Shown here: positions 1 to 9,366 of the stretch, piece by piece | How the letters are laid out: every line of letters starts with the position of its first letter | Numbering within the stretch: the stretch's first letter is position 1 | NCBI GenBank assembly: GCA_041748075.1 | Contig: JBGTDX010000118.1 | Span: 498-64,497, forward strand | DNA from: Thermoanaerobaculia bacterium | GTDB taxonomy: Bacteria > Acidobacteriota > Thermoanaerobaculia > Gp7-AA8 | Direction of reading: 5' to 3' | DNA: 64,000 nucleotides | The notes under the pieces: model-generated | The model's input: only the letters and a program-made list of their open reading frames with translations | What the model was told of the DNA's origin: nothing | The model's database searches: none | Position numbers and translations under genes: made by a program

Positions 1-1137
1 TACGGCCTGGTGACCGAGCTGATGCCGCTTTACATGCGGATGCGCGGCGCGTCGCTGACCGAGATCGGATTCATCAGCGCGGTCAGTTTCGCCTGGACGA
101 TCAAGCTGCTCTGGGCACCTCTGATCGATACGACCGGAACCTACAGGCGATGGATCGGAGTCTCGCTCGCCACACTCTGCGGTGCTCTCGCTCTTCTGGC
201 CGGCGTCGATCCATACGGGACTCCCCTGTTCTGGGTTCTTCTCGTCGCTCTCGCCGTCGCCTCGGCAACCCAGGACATTGCGATCGACGCGTTCACCATC
301 ACCGTCACCCCGCGCGAGCTGGTGGGGACCATCAACGCAACGCGCGTGACGGCCTACCGCGTAGCGATCATTATCGCGGGCGGGGGCCTCGCGGCGCTTG
401 CGAGCCGCACCGGCTGGAATGCGGCGTTCGGAGCCGCCGCAGTGCTGTTGCTCTGCGTGCTCGTTCTGGTTCCCTTCATGCCCGAGAGACGCGGCTCGGG
501 AACCAGCGCCGCAGGACTGATCCGGGGATTGCGGGCCTGGATCGTCCGGCGCGATGCGCTCGCGCTTCTGGGACTCGTGCTGCTCTTCAGGCTCGGTGAC
601 GCCGCACTCGCTCCGATGGTGAAACCTTTCTGGGTCGACCTCGGATACAGCGCTGCCGAGATCGGCACGGTGACGACGGTGCTCGGGATCTCCTTCACCA
701 TCATCGGAGCACTCATCGGTGGGCTCTTCGTAAATCGCTATGGGATCTTCAAGGCGCTGGTGATATTCGGCATCGTTCAGACGTTGTCGAACGGCGGCTA
801 CGCGCTCGTCGCGTCACTGGGAGGCGGAAGGCCTGCCATCTACGCCGCCTCCATCGTGGAGAATCTGACCGGCGGTCTCGGTGTAGCGGCGTTCCTTTCG
901 TTCCTCATGGCGATCTGCGACAAACGCCTGGCAGCAACCGAGTACGCGATGCTGACTGCGATCTTCGGACTCTCCCGGTCGATGGCCGGGACCCTGAGCG
1001 GAGTCGCTGCGGATGCGATGGGTTACGCCGGCTTCTTCTGGCTGACGGTCGCGCTGGGAGTTCCGGGACTTCTACTTCTGCCCCACGTGCGGCGCGAACT
1101 GGCCAGCCTGCCGGAGCGGGGAAGTTCTGAGTTGTGA
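1..1137 (+). CDS. ampG: AmpG/PAT-family MFS permease (muropeptide transporter-like), 5' end cut by window edge
   Basis: The frame is open from base 1 (ORF track 10..1137). It is a polytopic hydrophobic protein with a KLLWAPLID motif after an early TM, typical of AmpG-type MFS. The stop TGA at 1135-1137 lies inside the heptamer array. Confidence 0.7.
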   Translation, partial: YGLVTELMPLYMRMRGASLTEIGFISAVSFAWTIKLLWAPLIDTTGTYRRWIGVSLATLCGALALLAGVDPYGTPLFWVLLVALAVASATQDIAIDAFTITVTPRELVGTINATRVTAYRVAIIIAGGGLAALASRTGWNAAFGAAAVLLLCVLVLVPFMPERRGSGTSAAGLIRGLRAWIVRRDALALLGLVLLFRLGDAALAPMVKPFWVDLGYSAAEIGTVTTVLGISFTIIGALIGGLFVNRYGIFKALVIFGIVQTLSNGGYALVASLGGGRPAIYAASIVENLTGGLGVAAFLSFLMAICDKRLAATEYAMLTAIFGLSRSMAGTLSGVAADAMGYAGFFWLTVALGVPGLLLLPHVRRELASLPERGSSEL

Positions 1138-1257
1138 GTGGACCGGGGGAGAGTACTGAGTTGTAAGTTCCGAGTTCTGAGTTCACGCCCGCCCTCGTCG
1201 GCGCAGCGAAATGGCGGGTCGCCACTCACAACTCAGAACTCACAACTCAGAACTCCT
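1121..1257. repeat. Heptamer-array hairpin, unit GTTCTGA/GTTGTGA (5' arms) versus ACTCAGA/ACTCACA (3' arm)
   Basis: On the + strand, TGA falls at 1128 and 1135 (the ampG stop). A second run has 1157, TAA at 1164, CGA at 1171 and TGA at 1178, all spaced 7 nt. The complementary TCA run sits at 1226, 1233, 1240 and 1247. A central GC hairpin is CCCGCC (1188-1193) / GGCGGG (1213-1218). Confidence 0.85.
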
Positions 1258-1273
1258 CCGGTATAGTCGCCCG

Positions 1274-1996
1274 GTGAGGAATCGCTTCCATCTGGCGGCT
1301 GCTTTCACGCCCGGAGAAACAGTGGTCCTCACGGGCGCAGAGTTTCATCACGCCGTCAGGGTTGCGCGCGTCGGGGCCGGTGAGGTGATCGAGCTCTTCG
1401 ATGGACAAGGCAGGGCTGCCGCCGCGCGAGTCGAGTCCATCAGTCAGTCTCGGGCAGAGCTTCTCATCACCGATGAAGCAGTCCCGTCACGAGAGCCGTC
1501 ATTCCGGATCGAACTGGCGATCTCCGTGATCCAGCTGGAACGATTCGAGCTCGTGCTTCAGAAGGCGACAGAGCTCGGCGCATGGCGTATCACACCGTTG
1601 CTGGCCGATCGCTCCGAGATCCGGGAGGAGCGGATACGGGGCAAGAGGGAGCGATGGCGCAAAATCATCTTCGAAGCGGTCAAACAGTCCGGGCGTTCCC
1701 ATATCCCCGATCTGGGCGAACCACAGAGCTTTGCAGAGGCGATTCGTTCCGATTCCGTCTCGATCATCTTCGATTCCGACGCCGCTCCTGACGAACTTCC
1801 CCCGGGCGGGGAAGCGACCGTGTTCATCGGACCGGAGGGAGGCTGGAGCGCCGGGGAGCTGGAACTGGCGAGGGAGCGGGGAGCGTATTTCCGAAGGCTG
1901 GGCCCGCGCCGGCTTCGCGCGGAGACCGCGGCCATCGCCGCCATGACCGCGATCGGCATTCACTTCGGGGACCTGGCTGAATCCTCGCCCGAATAA
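1274..1996 (+). CDS. rsmE: 16S rRNA (uracil1498-N3)-methyltransferase RsmE
   Basis: ORF track 1211..1996. Its first 21 codons translate the repeat (HSQLRTHNSEL), so the start was moved to the in-frame GTG at 1274 (MRNRFHL...). The FIGPEGGWS motif and overall length are typical of RsmE. Confidence 0.85.
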   Translation: MRNRFHLAAAFTPGETVVLTGAEFHHAVRVARVGAGEVIELFDGQGRAAAARVESISQSRAELLITDEAVPSREPSFRIELAISVIQLERFELVLQKATELGAWRITPLLADRSEIREERIRGKRERWRKIIFEAVKQSGRSHIPDLGEPQSFAEAIRSDSVSIIFDSDAAPDELPPGGEATVFIGPEGGWSAGELELARERGAYFRRLGPRRLRAETAAIAAMTAIGIHFGDLAESSPE

Positions 1997-2004
1997 ACAG
2001 ACTG

Positions 2005-2022
2005 ACGTGACATGCATCACGT
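2005..2022. promoter_or_regulatory. Perfect palindrome ACGTGA-N6-TCACGT (CRP/FNR-family-like operator geometry) upstream of gltA
   Basis: Read directly: acgtga catgca tcacgt. It lies about 110 nt upstream of the proposed gltA start. The GTGA-N6-TCAC core matches the spacing of CRP-type sites. Confidence 0.3.
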
Positions 2023-2130
2023 TCGTGCGGGATGTCTTATCTTGTCCGCCCGCGTCAAACTCCGTATACTCCGGTTCCCTTTTCTTACTCGGCCCGCGAG
2101 GGGACGACGGCAGATTCACAAGTCCATTCC

Positions 2131-3489
2131 ATGTCACTCGCAAGTGGTTCGGACCCCGCAGGCCGCAGGAACCAGAGCACTCGACTTGGAGGACTCCAGT
2201 TGGCGAAAGACACACTGACAATCACCGACAACCGCACTGGCAAGACGTACGAGCTCCCCATCACCGAAGAGACCATCAAAGCGATCGACCTCAGACAGAT
2301 ACGGGTCGAGGATGACGACTTCGGAATGATGACCTACGACCCGGCCTTCATGAATACAGCGGCGACCAGGAGCGCCATCACCTTCATCGATGGTGACAAG
2401 GGAATCCTCGAGTACCGTGGCTATCCGATCGAGCAGCTGGCAGAGAAGAGCACCTACCTGGAAACGGCTTTTTTGCTGATTCACGGCCATCTGCCTTCGG
2501 CCGACGAGCTTCAGCACTGGAATCACAACATCATTCATCACACGATCCTTCACGAGAACATCAAGAAGCTGCTGGACAGCTTCCGATACGACGCCCATCC
2601 GATGGGGATGCTGATCTCGACCGTAGCCGCGCTCAGCACGTTCTATCCCGATGCCAAGAAGATTGATCAGCCGGATGTGCGGCTCAAGCAGATGTATCGC
2701 CTGATTGCCAAGGTGACGACCCTCGCGGCGTTCGCTTACCGACACAACATCGGAATGCCTTATGCCTATCCCGACAACGATCTGTCGTACACGGGCAACT
2801 TCCTGAACATGATGTACAAGATGACGGAAGTCCGGCACGAGCCCGATCCTGTGCTCGAGCGGGCGCTCGACGTTCTGTTCATCCTGCATGCGGATCATGA
2901 GCAGAACTGTTCGACCAGCGCGATGCGTTCGATCGGAAGTTCTCACGTCGATCCCTATTCCGCCGTCGCAGGAGCCGCGGCCGCTCTCTACGGACCGCTG
3001 CACGGTGGTGCCAATGAGGCCGTGATCCGGATGCTCACTGAGATCGGGTCCGTCTCGAATGTCTCGTCCTTCATCAAGAGCGTGAAGGAAGGTGATCGGA
3101 AGCTCATGGGATTCGGTCACCGCGTATACAAAAACTACGATCCGCGGGCCAAGATCATCAAAGCAATCGCCGACCAGGTGTTCGAGTCGACAGGAAGGAA
3201 TCCGCTTCTCGAAATTGCGCTCGAGCTGGAAAAGATCGCGCTCGAGGACGATTACTTCATCAAGCGCAAGCTGTATCCGAATGTCGACTTCTACTCCGGA
3301 CTGATTTACCAGGCCATGCAGTTTCCGCTCGACATGTTCCCCGTGCTGTTCGCGATCCCGCGAGTCTCAGGCTGGCTGGCGCAATGGCAGGAGATGCTCG
3401 TCGATCCGGATCAGAAAATTGCCCGTCCGCGCCAGATCTTCATCGGGGACGAGCGCCGCGATTACGTTCCCATCGACCAGCGGTCCTGA
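2131..3489 (+). CDS. gltA: Citrate synthase
   Basis: It carries the GFGHRVYKNYDPR signature, the LHGGANE motif and HADHEQNCST. The start was set to ATG 2131 (MSLASG...); the ORF track start at 2032 is possible but adds a non-conserved extension. Confidence 0.92.
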   Translation: MSLASGSDPAGRRNQSTRLGGLQLAKDTLTITDNRTGKTYELPITEETIKAIDLRQIRVEDDDFGMMTYDPAFMNTAATRSAITFIDGDKGILEYRGYPIEQLAEKSTYLETAFLLIHGHLPSADELQHWNHNIIHHTILHENIKKLLDSFRYDAHPMGMLISTVAALSTFYPDAKKIDQPDVRLKQMYRLIAKVTTLAAFAYRHNIGMPYAYPDNDLSYTGNFLNMMYKMTEVRHEPDPVLERALDVLFILHADHEQNCSTSAMRSIGSSHVDPYSAVAGAAAALYGPLHGGANEAVIRMLTEIGSVSNVSSFIKSVKEGDRKLMGFGHRVYKNYDPRAKIIKAIADQVFESTGRNPLLEIALELEKIALEDDYFIKRKLYPNVDFYSGLIYQAMQFPLDMFPVLFAIPRVSGWLAQWQEMLVDPDQKIARPRQIFIGDERRDYVPIDQRS

Positions 3490-3530
3490 TTCTCATGAGG
3501 CAGGGGAATCCCAGCCTCGTGGTCCCGGAC

Positions 3531-4397
3531 TCAGGCCCGGCCCGCTTCGGGCACTCGTTTCAATTGTCCGCACCACCACTCTCCCCGAGACGCCTCCCGC
3601 TCCAGCTTCAGCCCATGCAGGCGCGCCGCCGCGACGACGTCCTCTCGTCTCGTGGTGAGAATTCCGCTGACGATGAGCGCCGCATCCTCTTCGAGAAGGC
3701 GAATCGCGTCCGGCAGCAGTGGGATGATCACCTCCGGGATGATGTTCATCGTAGCGAGCGAAAAGCGGGCACCGCGAATTGCCTCGAGACTACCGACGAA
3801 ATGCAGCAACCTGTCTGAGGAAATCGAATTCCTCTTCAGATTCCCGCTGACCAATCCGAGCGTGTCGACATCGTTGTCACAGGCGACGACACGCGCGGCT
3901 TCCAGGCGCACCATTGCGATCGCGAGAAGTGCGGATCCGGTCCCGATGTCCAGACAATTCCGTCCGGCCAGGTCCATCGCCTCGAGCATCTCCAGACACA
4001 GCGCGGTGGTCTCGTGCGATCCGGTACCAAAGGCGCGCTCCTGCGGGATTACGATCGGAATGCGGTCGCCAGGCTCACCCTCGAGCAACCGCCGCTCGGG
4101 TGCAACGATGAATCGCCTGCCGATGAGCATCGGCTCGAGCGTTTGCTGGTACAGCTCCAGCCAGTCCTGTCGCGGCTGATCCACTGACCGGGTCTCGAGC
4201 CCCTCTACAACCGCGATTTCCTCGAGGAACCTGGCTCTGTCTTCCGGCGAGTCGAAGAACGCCGAGATCACGTGAAACCAGTCGTCTTCGAGCAGGATGT
4301 CGCCCGTCGAAGCGGAAAGAAACAAGAGTCCACGGACATGCTCCTCGAGCGGAGGATTGCCCGTCGGAATCGTGATCTCGAGAATGTAATCAATCAT
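3531..4397 (-). CDS. prmA: Ribosomal protein L11 methyltransferase PrmA
   Basis: It has GTGSHETTALCLE and the SAM motif DIGTGSALLAIA. It sits immediately downstream of dnaJ, as in the Bacillus hrcA operon. Confidence 0.88.
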   Translation of the reverse strand: MIDYILEITIPTGNPPLEEHVRGLLFLSASTGDILLEDDWFHVISAFFDSPEDRARFLEEIAVVEGLETRSVDQPRQDWLELYQQTLEPMLIGRRFIVAPERRLLEGEPGDRIPIVIPQERAFGTGSHETTALCLEMLEAMDLAGRNCLDIGTGSALLAIAMVRLEAARVVACDNDVDTLGLVSGNLKRNSISSDRLLHFVGSLEAIRGARFSLATMNIIPEVIIPLLPDAIRLLEEDAALIVSGILTTRREDVVAAARLHGLKLEREASRGEWWCGQLKRVPEAGRA

Positions 4398-4400
4398 CTC

Positions 4401-4588
4401 AAATGACGAATGACGAATGACGAGTGACGAATAGGGACCGCTGACATCATCGTAATGAACGGAAGAGCCCTCGTGCCCTCACTCGTCATTCGTCATTCGT
4501 CATTCGTCATTCGCCATTCGTCATTCGTCATTCGTCATTCGCCATTCGTCATTCGCCATTCGTCATTCGTCATTCGTCATTCGTCTCA
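4401..4588. repeat. Heptamer-array hairpin, unit AATGACG (5' arm, 4 units) / TCATTCG (3' arm, 14 units)
   Basis: On the + strand, TGA falls at 4404, 4411, 4418 and 4425. TCA or CCA then recurs every 7 nt from 4486 to 4577 (11 TCA, 3 CCA). Region 4401-4426 is the near-perfect reverse complement of 4479-4504 (about 25 bp stem, about 52-nt loop). The dnaJ stop (4586-4588) lies 9 nt from the last unit. Confidence 0.9.
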
Positions 4589-5704
4589 TCCCCCGAAGAA
4601 ATCCTTCATCTTGTCGAACACTCCGCGGCGCTCGGGTGGCTCCTCTCCTTCGAGAGTGGCGAGTTGATCGAGCAGAGCCCGCTGCTCGTCGCTCAGCGAT
4701 GTCGGCACTCTCACTGCCACATGAACGAAATGATCGCCTTTGCCCGTTCCGTCGACGAACGGCACACCCTTCCCGCGCAAGCGAAAGATCTGGTTCGGCT
4801 GGGTTCCGGAAGGAATTCTGAGGGTCTCTTCGCCATGGATCGTTTCGGTCTTCAGCTCGGCGCCGAGCGCCGCTTGCGTAAAAGAGATCGGCCGCTCGAC
4901 GTGGATGTCGTAGTCTCGTCTGGTGAATTTCTCATGTTCCGCGACGGCTATGAAGACGTAGAGGTCTCCCGATGGACCGCCATTGACGCCTCCCTCGCCC
5001 TCCCCGGCAACGCGGAGGCGTGAGCCGTCGTCCACTCCCGCAGGTACCTTGACCGACAGGGTCTTGCGCTCGCGAACCCGTCCGGCTCCACCGCAGTCAG
5101 GACAGGGATCTTTGATCACCTTGCCCGCGCCACCGCACTGAGGGCAGGTCCGCGAGACGGAAAAGAAACCCTGGGAGTACCGCACCTGTCCCGCTCCACC
5201 ACAACCATCGCAGGTGGCTGGAGACGTGCCGGGCTTCGACCCCGATCCTGAACAGTTCTGGCAGGCGATCGAGCGGGGAATCTCAATCGTCGCTTCCTTC
5301 CCGAACACGGCCTCTTCGAACTCCAGGTCGAGGTCATAGCGTAGATCATTACCACGCATGGGCCGGTTCGCGCGGCGCTTGCCGCCGCCGAATGCTTCGC
5401 CGAATCCGAACAGATCACCGAGGATGTCCGCGAAGTCCGTGAACTGCCCGGCGTCGAAGCCTCCGCCGACGTTCACTCCCTGATGGCCGTAGCGGTCATA
5501 CCGTGCACGCTTGTCCTGATCGGACAGAACACTCCAAGCCTCCGCGGCTTCTTTGAACTTTGCTTCCGCTTCGGGATTATCGGGATTCTTGTCGGGGTGA
5601 AACTTCACCGCGGCCTTCCGGTAGGCTTTCTTGATCTCTTCTACCGAGGCTTCCCGGTGGACATCGAGAACTTCGTAGTAATCGCGTTTTTGTGTCGTTG
5701 CCAT
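4586..5704 (-). CDS. dnaJ: Molecular chaperone DnaJ
   Basis: It has a J domain with HPD (KFHPDKNP), a G/F region and four CxxCxGxG zinc motifs ([32 protein letters not shown]). Confidence 0.97.
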   Translation of the reverse strand: MATTQKRDYYEVLDVHREASVEEIKKAYRKAAVKFHPDKNPDNPEAEAKFKEAAEAWSVLSDQDKRARYDRYGHQGVNVGGGFDAGQFTDFADILGDLFGFGEAFGGGKRRANRPMRGNDLRYDLDLEFEEAVFGKEATIEIPRSIACQNCSGSGSKPGTSPATCDGCGGAGQVRYSQGFFSVSRTCPQCGGAGKVIKDPCPDCGGAGRVRERKTLSVKVPAGVDDGSRLRVAGEGEGGVNGGPSGDLYVFIAVAEHEKFTRRDYDIHVERPISFTQAALGAELKTETIHGEETLRIPSGTQPNQIFRLRGKGVPFVDGTGKGDHFVHVAVRVPTSLSDEQRALLDQLATLEGEEPPERRGVFDKMKDFFGG

Positions 5705-5766
5705 CAGTCTGCGTCGTCTCTTACGTTGATTGTGATGCGGTGATGAAATTGTCCGAGGGAAGGTGA

Positions 5767-7614
5767 TCAGCCGAGCTTGGGAGGACTGTCAGAACCGGGG
5801 CTCGGCTGCAGCGGGTTGTAGAGCATCACGCTGGTGAGAATGCGCGCGGCGCTCTGCAGTTCGAACAGAGCATCGCTGAGAACCTGCCGCTCGCCGGAGT
5901 TGATTGCCTCTTTTCCGCGGGATATCGAAGCCTGCACCCTGGCTCGGTCGTCATCGTTGAGTAGTCTTCCGAATTCCCGGAAAACCTTCTCGTTGGTGTA
6001 GACCATTCCCTCCAGCTTGTTCTGCATCATTCGCGTTTCGCGCCGACCCGCGTCCGATCGTGAATGCTCCTCGGCCTCGTGAATGATTGCGTCGATCTCC
6101 TCCGAAGTGAGACCGCCGGCTGGGTTGATCTGAACGCCTGTCGACTGGCCCGTGGCGTGATCGAGCGCAGTCACGCTCACGATACCGTTCGAGTCGATCG
6201 AAAAGGTCACCTCGATCTGCGGAACTCCCCTGGGAGCCGGACGAATGCCGGTGAGATCGAATTTTCCCAGCGATTTATTCTCCCTCGCGAACTCCCGCTC
6301 TCCCTGAAGCACATGGACCTGGACCTTGTCCTGGTTCTCCGTAACGGTCGTGAATATCAGAGAATTCTTTGTCGGAATCGTCGAATTTCTTTCGATGAGT
6401 CGCGTGAACAAACCGCCGTGAGTCTCGATACCGAGAGACAGCGGGTTCACGTCGAGGAGGATCATGTCCTTGATGTCACCGCGGAGAATTCCACCCTGGA
6501 TCGACGCACCCACCGCCACCACTTCGTCGGGATTGATGTTGCGATTCGGCTCCCTTCCAAAGACGTTCTGCACGGCCTCGATGACTTTGGGCATACGGGT
6601 CTGACCGCCTACCAGGACCACTTCGTCGATCTGAGAGGCGTCGAGTCCCGCCTGTGTGAGCGCGTCACGAACCGGGTCGATCGTCCGCTGAATCAGATCG
6701 TCGACCATCTGCTCGAACTCATCCCGGGTCAGGACCCGGTTCAGATGTTTGGGCCCGGCTGCGTCGGCCGAAATGAACGGAAGGGTGATCTTTGTCTCGG
6801 TCGAGAGCGAGAGCTCCTGCTTGGCTTTCTCAGACGCTTCTTTCAGGCGCTGCAGCGCCATTCGATCCTCGCTCAGATCAATCCCGGTCTCCGCGTTGAA
6901 TCCTTCGAGCAGCCAGTCCATGATCCGGCGATCGAAGTCTTCGCCCCCAAGATAAGTGTCGCCCGAGGTGGATAAGACTTCGAATAGTCCGTCCTCGATC
7001 TTGAGTATGGAAATATCGAAAGTGCCGCCACCCAGATCGTAGACCGCAATCCGCTGCGTTGCCCTGTTCTCGAGGCCGTAGGCAAGGGCAGCAGCCGTAG
7101 GCTCGTTGATGATGCGAAGCACTTCGAGACCGGCGATTCGCCCCGCATCGCGGGTGGCCTGTCTCTGAGAGTCGTTGAAATATGCCGGTACCGTGATGAC
7201 CGCTTCGGTGATCTCCTCGCCCAGAAACTCCTCGGCGAAGGTCTTGATCTCCTGAAGCACGAACGCCGAGATCTCCTCGGGGGAGTATTCGCGATCCCGA
7301 ATCCTGACCTTCATGTCGCCATTCGCCGCGGAGACGATCTGGTACGGTAGGATTTCTTTCGCGCGGCTCACCTCGTTCGAATCGTACTTGCGTCCAATCA
7401 GACGCTTGATCGCGAAAACCGTGTTGAAGGGATTGGTAATGCCCTGTCGTTTCGCGATCTGACCGACGAGCCGCTCACCATTCTCGGTGAACCCGACGAC
7501 CGAGGGTGTCGTTCTGCTTCCTTCGCGGTTCGAAATGACCTGGGGGCGGTCTACGTCGACTACTGCCACGCAGGAATTCGTCGTACCCAGGTCGATCCCG
7601 AGGATCCTCGACAT
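5767..7614 (-). CDS. dnaK: Molecular chaperone DnaK (Hsp70)
   Basis: It carries the Hsp70 signatures [21 protein letters not shown] and [10 protein letters not shown]. The start ATG at 7614 overlaps the grpE stop by 1 nt. Confidence 0.98.
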   Translation of the reverse strand: MSRILGIDLGTTNSCVAVVDVDRPQVISNREGSRTTPSVVGFTENGERLVGQIAKRQGITNPFNTVFAIKRLIGRKYDSNEVSRAKEILPYQIVSAANGDMKVRIRDREYSPEEISAFVLQEIKTFAEEFLGEEITEAVITVPAYFNDSQRQATRDAGRIAGLEVLRIINEPTAAALAYGLENRATQRIAVYDLGGGTFDISILKIEDGLFEVLSTSGDTYLGGEDFDRRIMDWLLEGFNAETGIDLSEDRMALQRLKEASEKAKQELSLSTETKITLPFISADAAGPKHLNRVLTRDEFEQMVDDLIQRTIDPVRDALTQAGLDASQIDEVVLVGGQTRMPKVIEAVQNVFGREPNRNINPDEVVAVGASIQGGILRGDIKDMILLDVNPLSLGIETHGGLFTRLIERNSTIPTKNSLIFTTVTENQDKVQVHVLQGEREFARENKSLGKFDLTGIRPAPRGVPQIEVTFSIDSNGIVSVTALDHATGQSTGVQINPAGGLTSEEIDAIIHEAEEHSRSDAGRRETRMMQNKLEGMVYTNEKVFREFGRLLNDDDRARVQASISRGKEAINSGERQVLSDALFELQSAARILTSVMLYNPLQPSPGSDSPPKLG

Positions 7615-8231
7615 CAGTCCTCCTCGGGCGGATCGTCTGTAGAGCTCTCCGGTCCGCCGACAACGACCTTCACCATCGCAGGACGAAGCAGACGGTCATT
7701 CAGGTCATAGCCCTTCTGCAGGATCTCGACGGTATGCGAGGGTACCTCGGGATTCTCCTCGCGAATGACCGCTTCGTGGATCTGCGGATCGAACGCTACG
7801 CCGGACTCGTCAATGGCCGATAGGCCATACTTCTTTAGTACGTCACGAAACTGTTTGTGAATCAGCTCGACACCTTCCCGGATGTCGCTGTCCCCCTCGT
7901 CTAGGCTCTCGAGCGCCCTGTCGAAATTGTCCACGACGGGAAGCAGGTCCTTCATGATGTCGGCGAGGGCATAGCGGAAATACTCGTTCTTCTCCCGCTC
8001 CGTGCGCTTTCTGAAATTCTCGAATTCGGCGAGCTTCCGGATGTTCTGATCGCGCAACTTCGAATTCTCTGCGCGAAGGATTTCGAGCTCGTCCTGAGTG
8101 CCCGTATTCTCCTGGACGGCGTTCGGGTCGAAATCCGACAAGCTCTCGCCCGTATCCTCCAGAATGTAGCTATCATCATCGGTGTCGAAGTTCCCCGCTT
8201 CCTCTTCGACCTCTGTCTTTTTATCAGTCAA
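7614..8231 (-). CDS. grpE: Nucleotide exchange factor GrpE
   Basis: It has an acidic N-terminus, a coiled coil and a C-terminal GrpE fold sequence (FDPQIHEAV, GYDLNDRLLRPAMV). The start is TTG at 8231, in a TTGA overlap with the hrcA stop. Confidence 0.93.
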   Translation of the reverse strand: MTDKKTEVEEEAGNFDTDDDSYILEDTGESLSDFDPNAVQENTGTQDELEILRAENSKLRDQNIRKLAEFENFRKRTEREKNEYFRYALADIMKDLLPVVDNFDRALESLDEGDSDIREGVELIHKQFRDVLKKYGLSAIDESGVAFDPQIHEAVIREENPEVPSHTVEILQKGYDLNDRLLRPAMVKVVVGGPESSTDDPPEED

Positions 8232-9304
8232 CGATTCTGCTCCTGTTCTGACTCTTCGATTTTGCGGCTGAGAGCCCGTCCCAGATACTCGACCAGAGGC
8301 GCCACTCTCGCGTACTCCATTCGGGTAGGCCCGATGATGCCGACCATCCCGAGGGGACTGTTGCCTGAACCGTAACGGGCGGCTACCAGACTCAGATTAT
8401 AGTCTTGAGTGAAAGGGCTCTCCGATCCGATGAGGATCTGCACTCCCGCCTCGTTGACGCAGAGATTCAGAATGCGCACCAGCTTCTCTTTTTCCTCGAA
8501 CGCGAGGAACGCCTTTTTCATCGTCTCGGCGTCGGCGAACTCAGGTTTGTTGAGGATGGAGGTGGCGCCTTCCACGAAGAGCTCGCTGCCGTGCGGCATG
8601 ACTCCCTCGACAACTCCGACCCCCAACCGCATCGTCCTGTTGAAGATTTCATCGAAGCGGGCCCGTTCCTGATCGAGCTGCTGCAGCATGCTCGACCGGA
8701 TCGATTCGAGCTCCATCCCGCTGAACTCGGCAGTCAGATAAGCGCCCGCCGCGGAGAGCTCATCCCGTGTCCAGATCTGCTCGGTCTCGATGACCTTGTT
8801 GACCACAACGCCATTGGTCCCGACGACCACGCAGAGAATTCTCCGCTCCCCTACCATCACGAAGTCGATACTCCGCATGACGAGGTGATCGAGGGTCGGA
8901 AGGAACACCAGTCCGACCTGGTTCGTGAGCCTCGCGAGCACGCGAGAGCCCAGCTGCATCACCTCATCCAGCTCGTGACCCTCGGAAACTTTCGCATCGA
9001 TCGTCTCCCGCTCGTGCTGCGTGAGCCTGCGGGAGCGCATCAGATGGTTGATGAAGAATCGATACCCCCTGTCCGTGGGGATCCTTCCCGCCGAGGTGTG
9101 CGGTTGGTAGACGAACCCGAGATCCTCGAGGTCAGCCATCACGTTCCTGAGACTGGCCGGCGAGAGCGCGAATCGTCCACTCTTGGCGAGCGATCGTGAG
9201 CTGATAGGCTCTCCGTGGGCTACGTACTGAATTACGATCTCGCGCAGTACATCGCGCGAGCGTCCCTCGAGTTCGTCTTCCCGTATCTCGTGTCGATTAG
9301 CCAT
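8228..9304 (-). CDS. hrcA: Heat-inducible transcription repressor HrcA
   Basis: It has an N-terminal winged-helix (SSRSLAKS...), typical HrcA length, and a CIRCE operator 32 nt upstream. The start was set to ATG 9304 (MANRHEI...); the track start at 9325 is a TTG. Confidence 0.93.
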   Translation of the reverse strand: MANRHEIREDELEGRSRDVLREIVIQYVAHGEPISSRSLAKSGRFALSPASLRNVMADLEDLGFVYQPHTSAGRIPTDRGYRFFINHLMRSRRLTQHERETIDAKVSEGHELDEVMQLGSRVLARLTNQVGLVFLPTLDHLVMRSIDFVMVGERRILCVVVGTNGVVVNKVIETEQIWTRDELSAAGAYLTAEFSGMELESIRSSMLQQLDQERARFDEIFNRTMRLGVGVVEGVMPHGSELFVEGATSILNKPEFADAETMKKAFLAFEEKEKLVRILNLCVNEAGVQILIGSESPFTQDYNLSLVAARYGSGNSPLGMVGIIGPTRMEYARVAPLVEYLGRALSRKIEESEQEQNR

Positions 9305-9335
9305 CTCTGAACGTCCGAAGCCCAATTGCAGCTCT

Positions 9336-9362
9336 TTAGCACTCGACAGATCAGAGTGCTAA
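9336..9362 (-). promoter_or_regulatory. CIRCE operator (TTAGCACTC-N9-GAGTGCTAA), HrcA binding site
   Basis: This is an exact match to the CIRCE consensus: ttagcactc gacagatca gagtgctaa. It sits between the predicted -10 and the hrcA start. Confidence 0.93.
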
Positions 9363-9366
9363 AGGT

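Noticed and set aside
2032-2130. Upstream extension of the citrate synthase ORF (track start 2032)
   Set aside because: The extra 33 residues (MSYLVRPRQTPYTP...) have no counterpart in citrate synthases as I know them, so ATG 2131 is preferred. This remains unverified without alignment.
4401-4588. Possibility that the tandem arrays are CRISPR arrays
   Set aside because: The units are 7 nt with no unique spacers, there are no cas genes, and the two arms are mutually complementary. This is not CRISPR architecture.
4455-4667. 70-aa ORF translating to [16 protein letters not shown]...
   Set aside because: It is simply the TCATTCG heptamer array read in one frame. It has no start context, overlaps the dnaJ 3' end, and its periodic peptide is an artefact of the repeat. 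The same applies to the HSQLRTHNSEL N-terminus of the listed 1211 ORF and to the ORFs across 35.76-35.87 kb and 49.98-50.06 kb.
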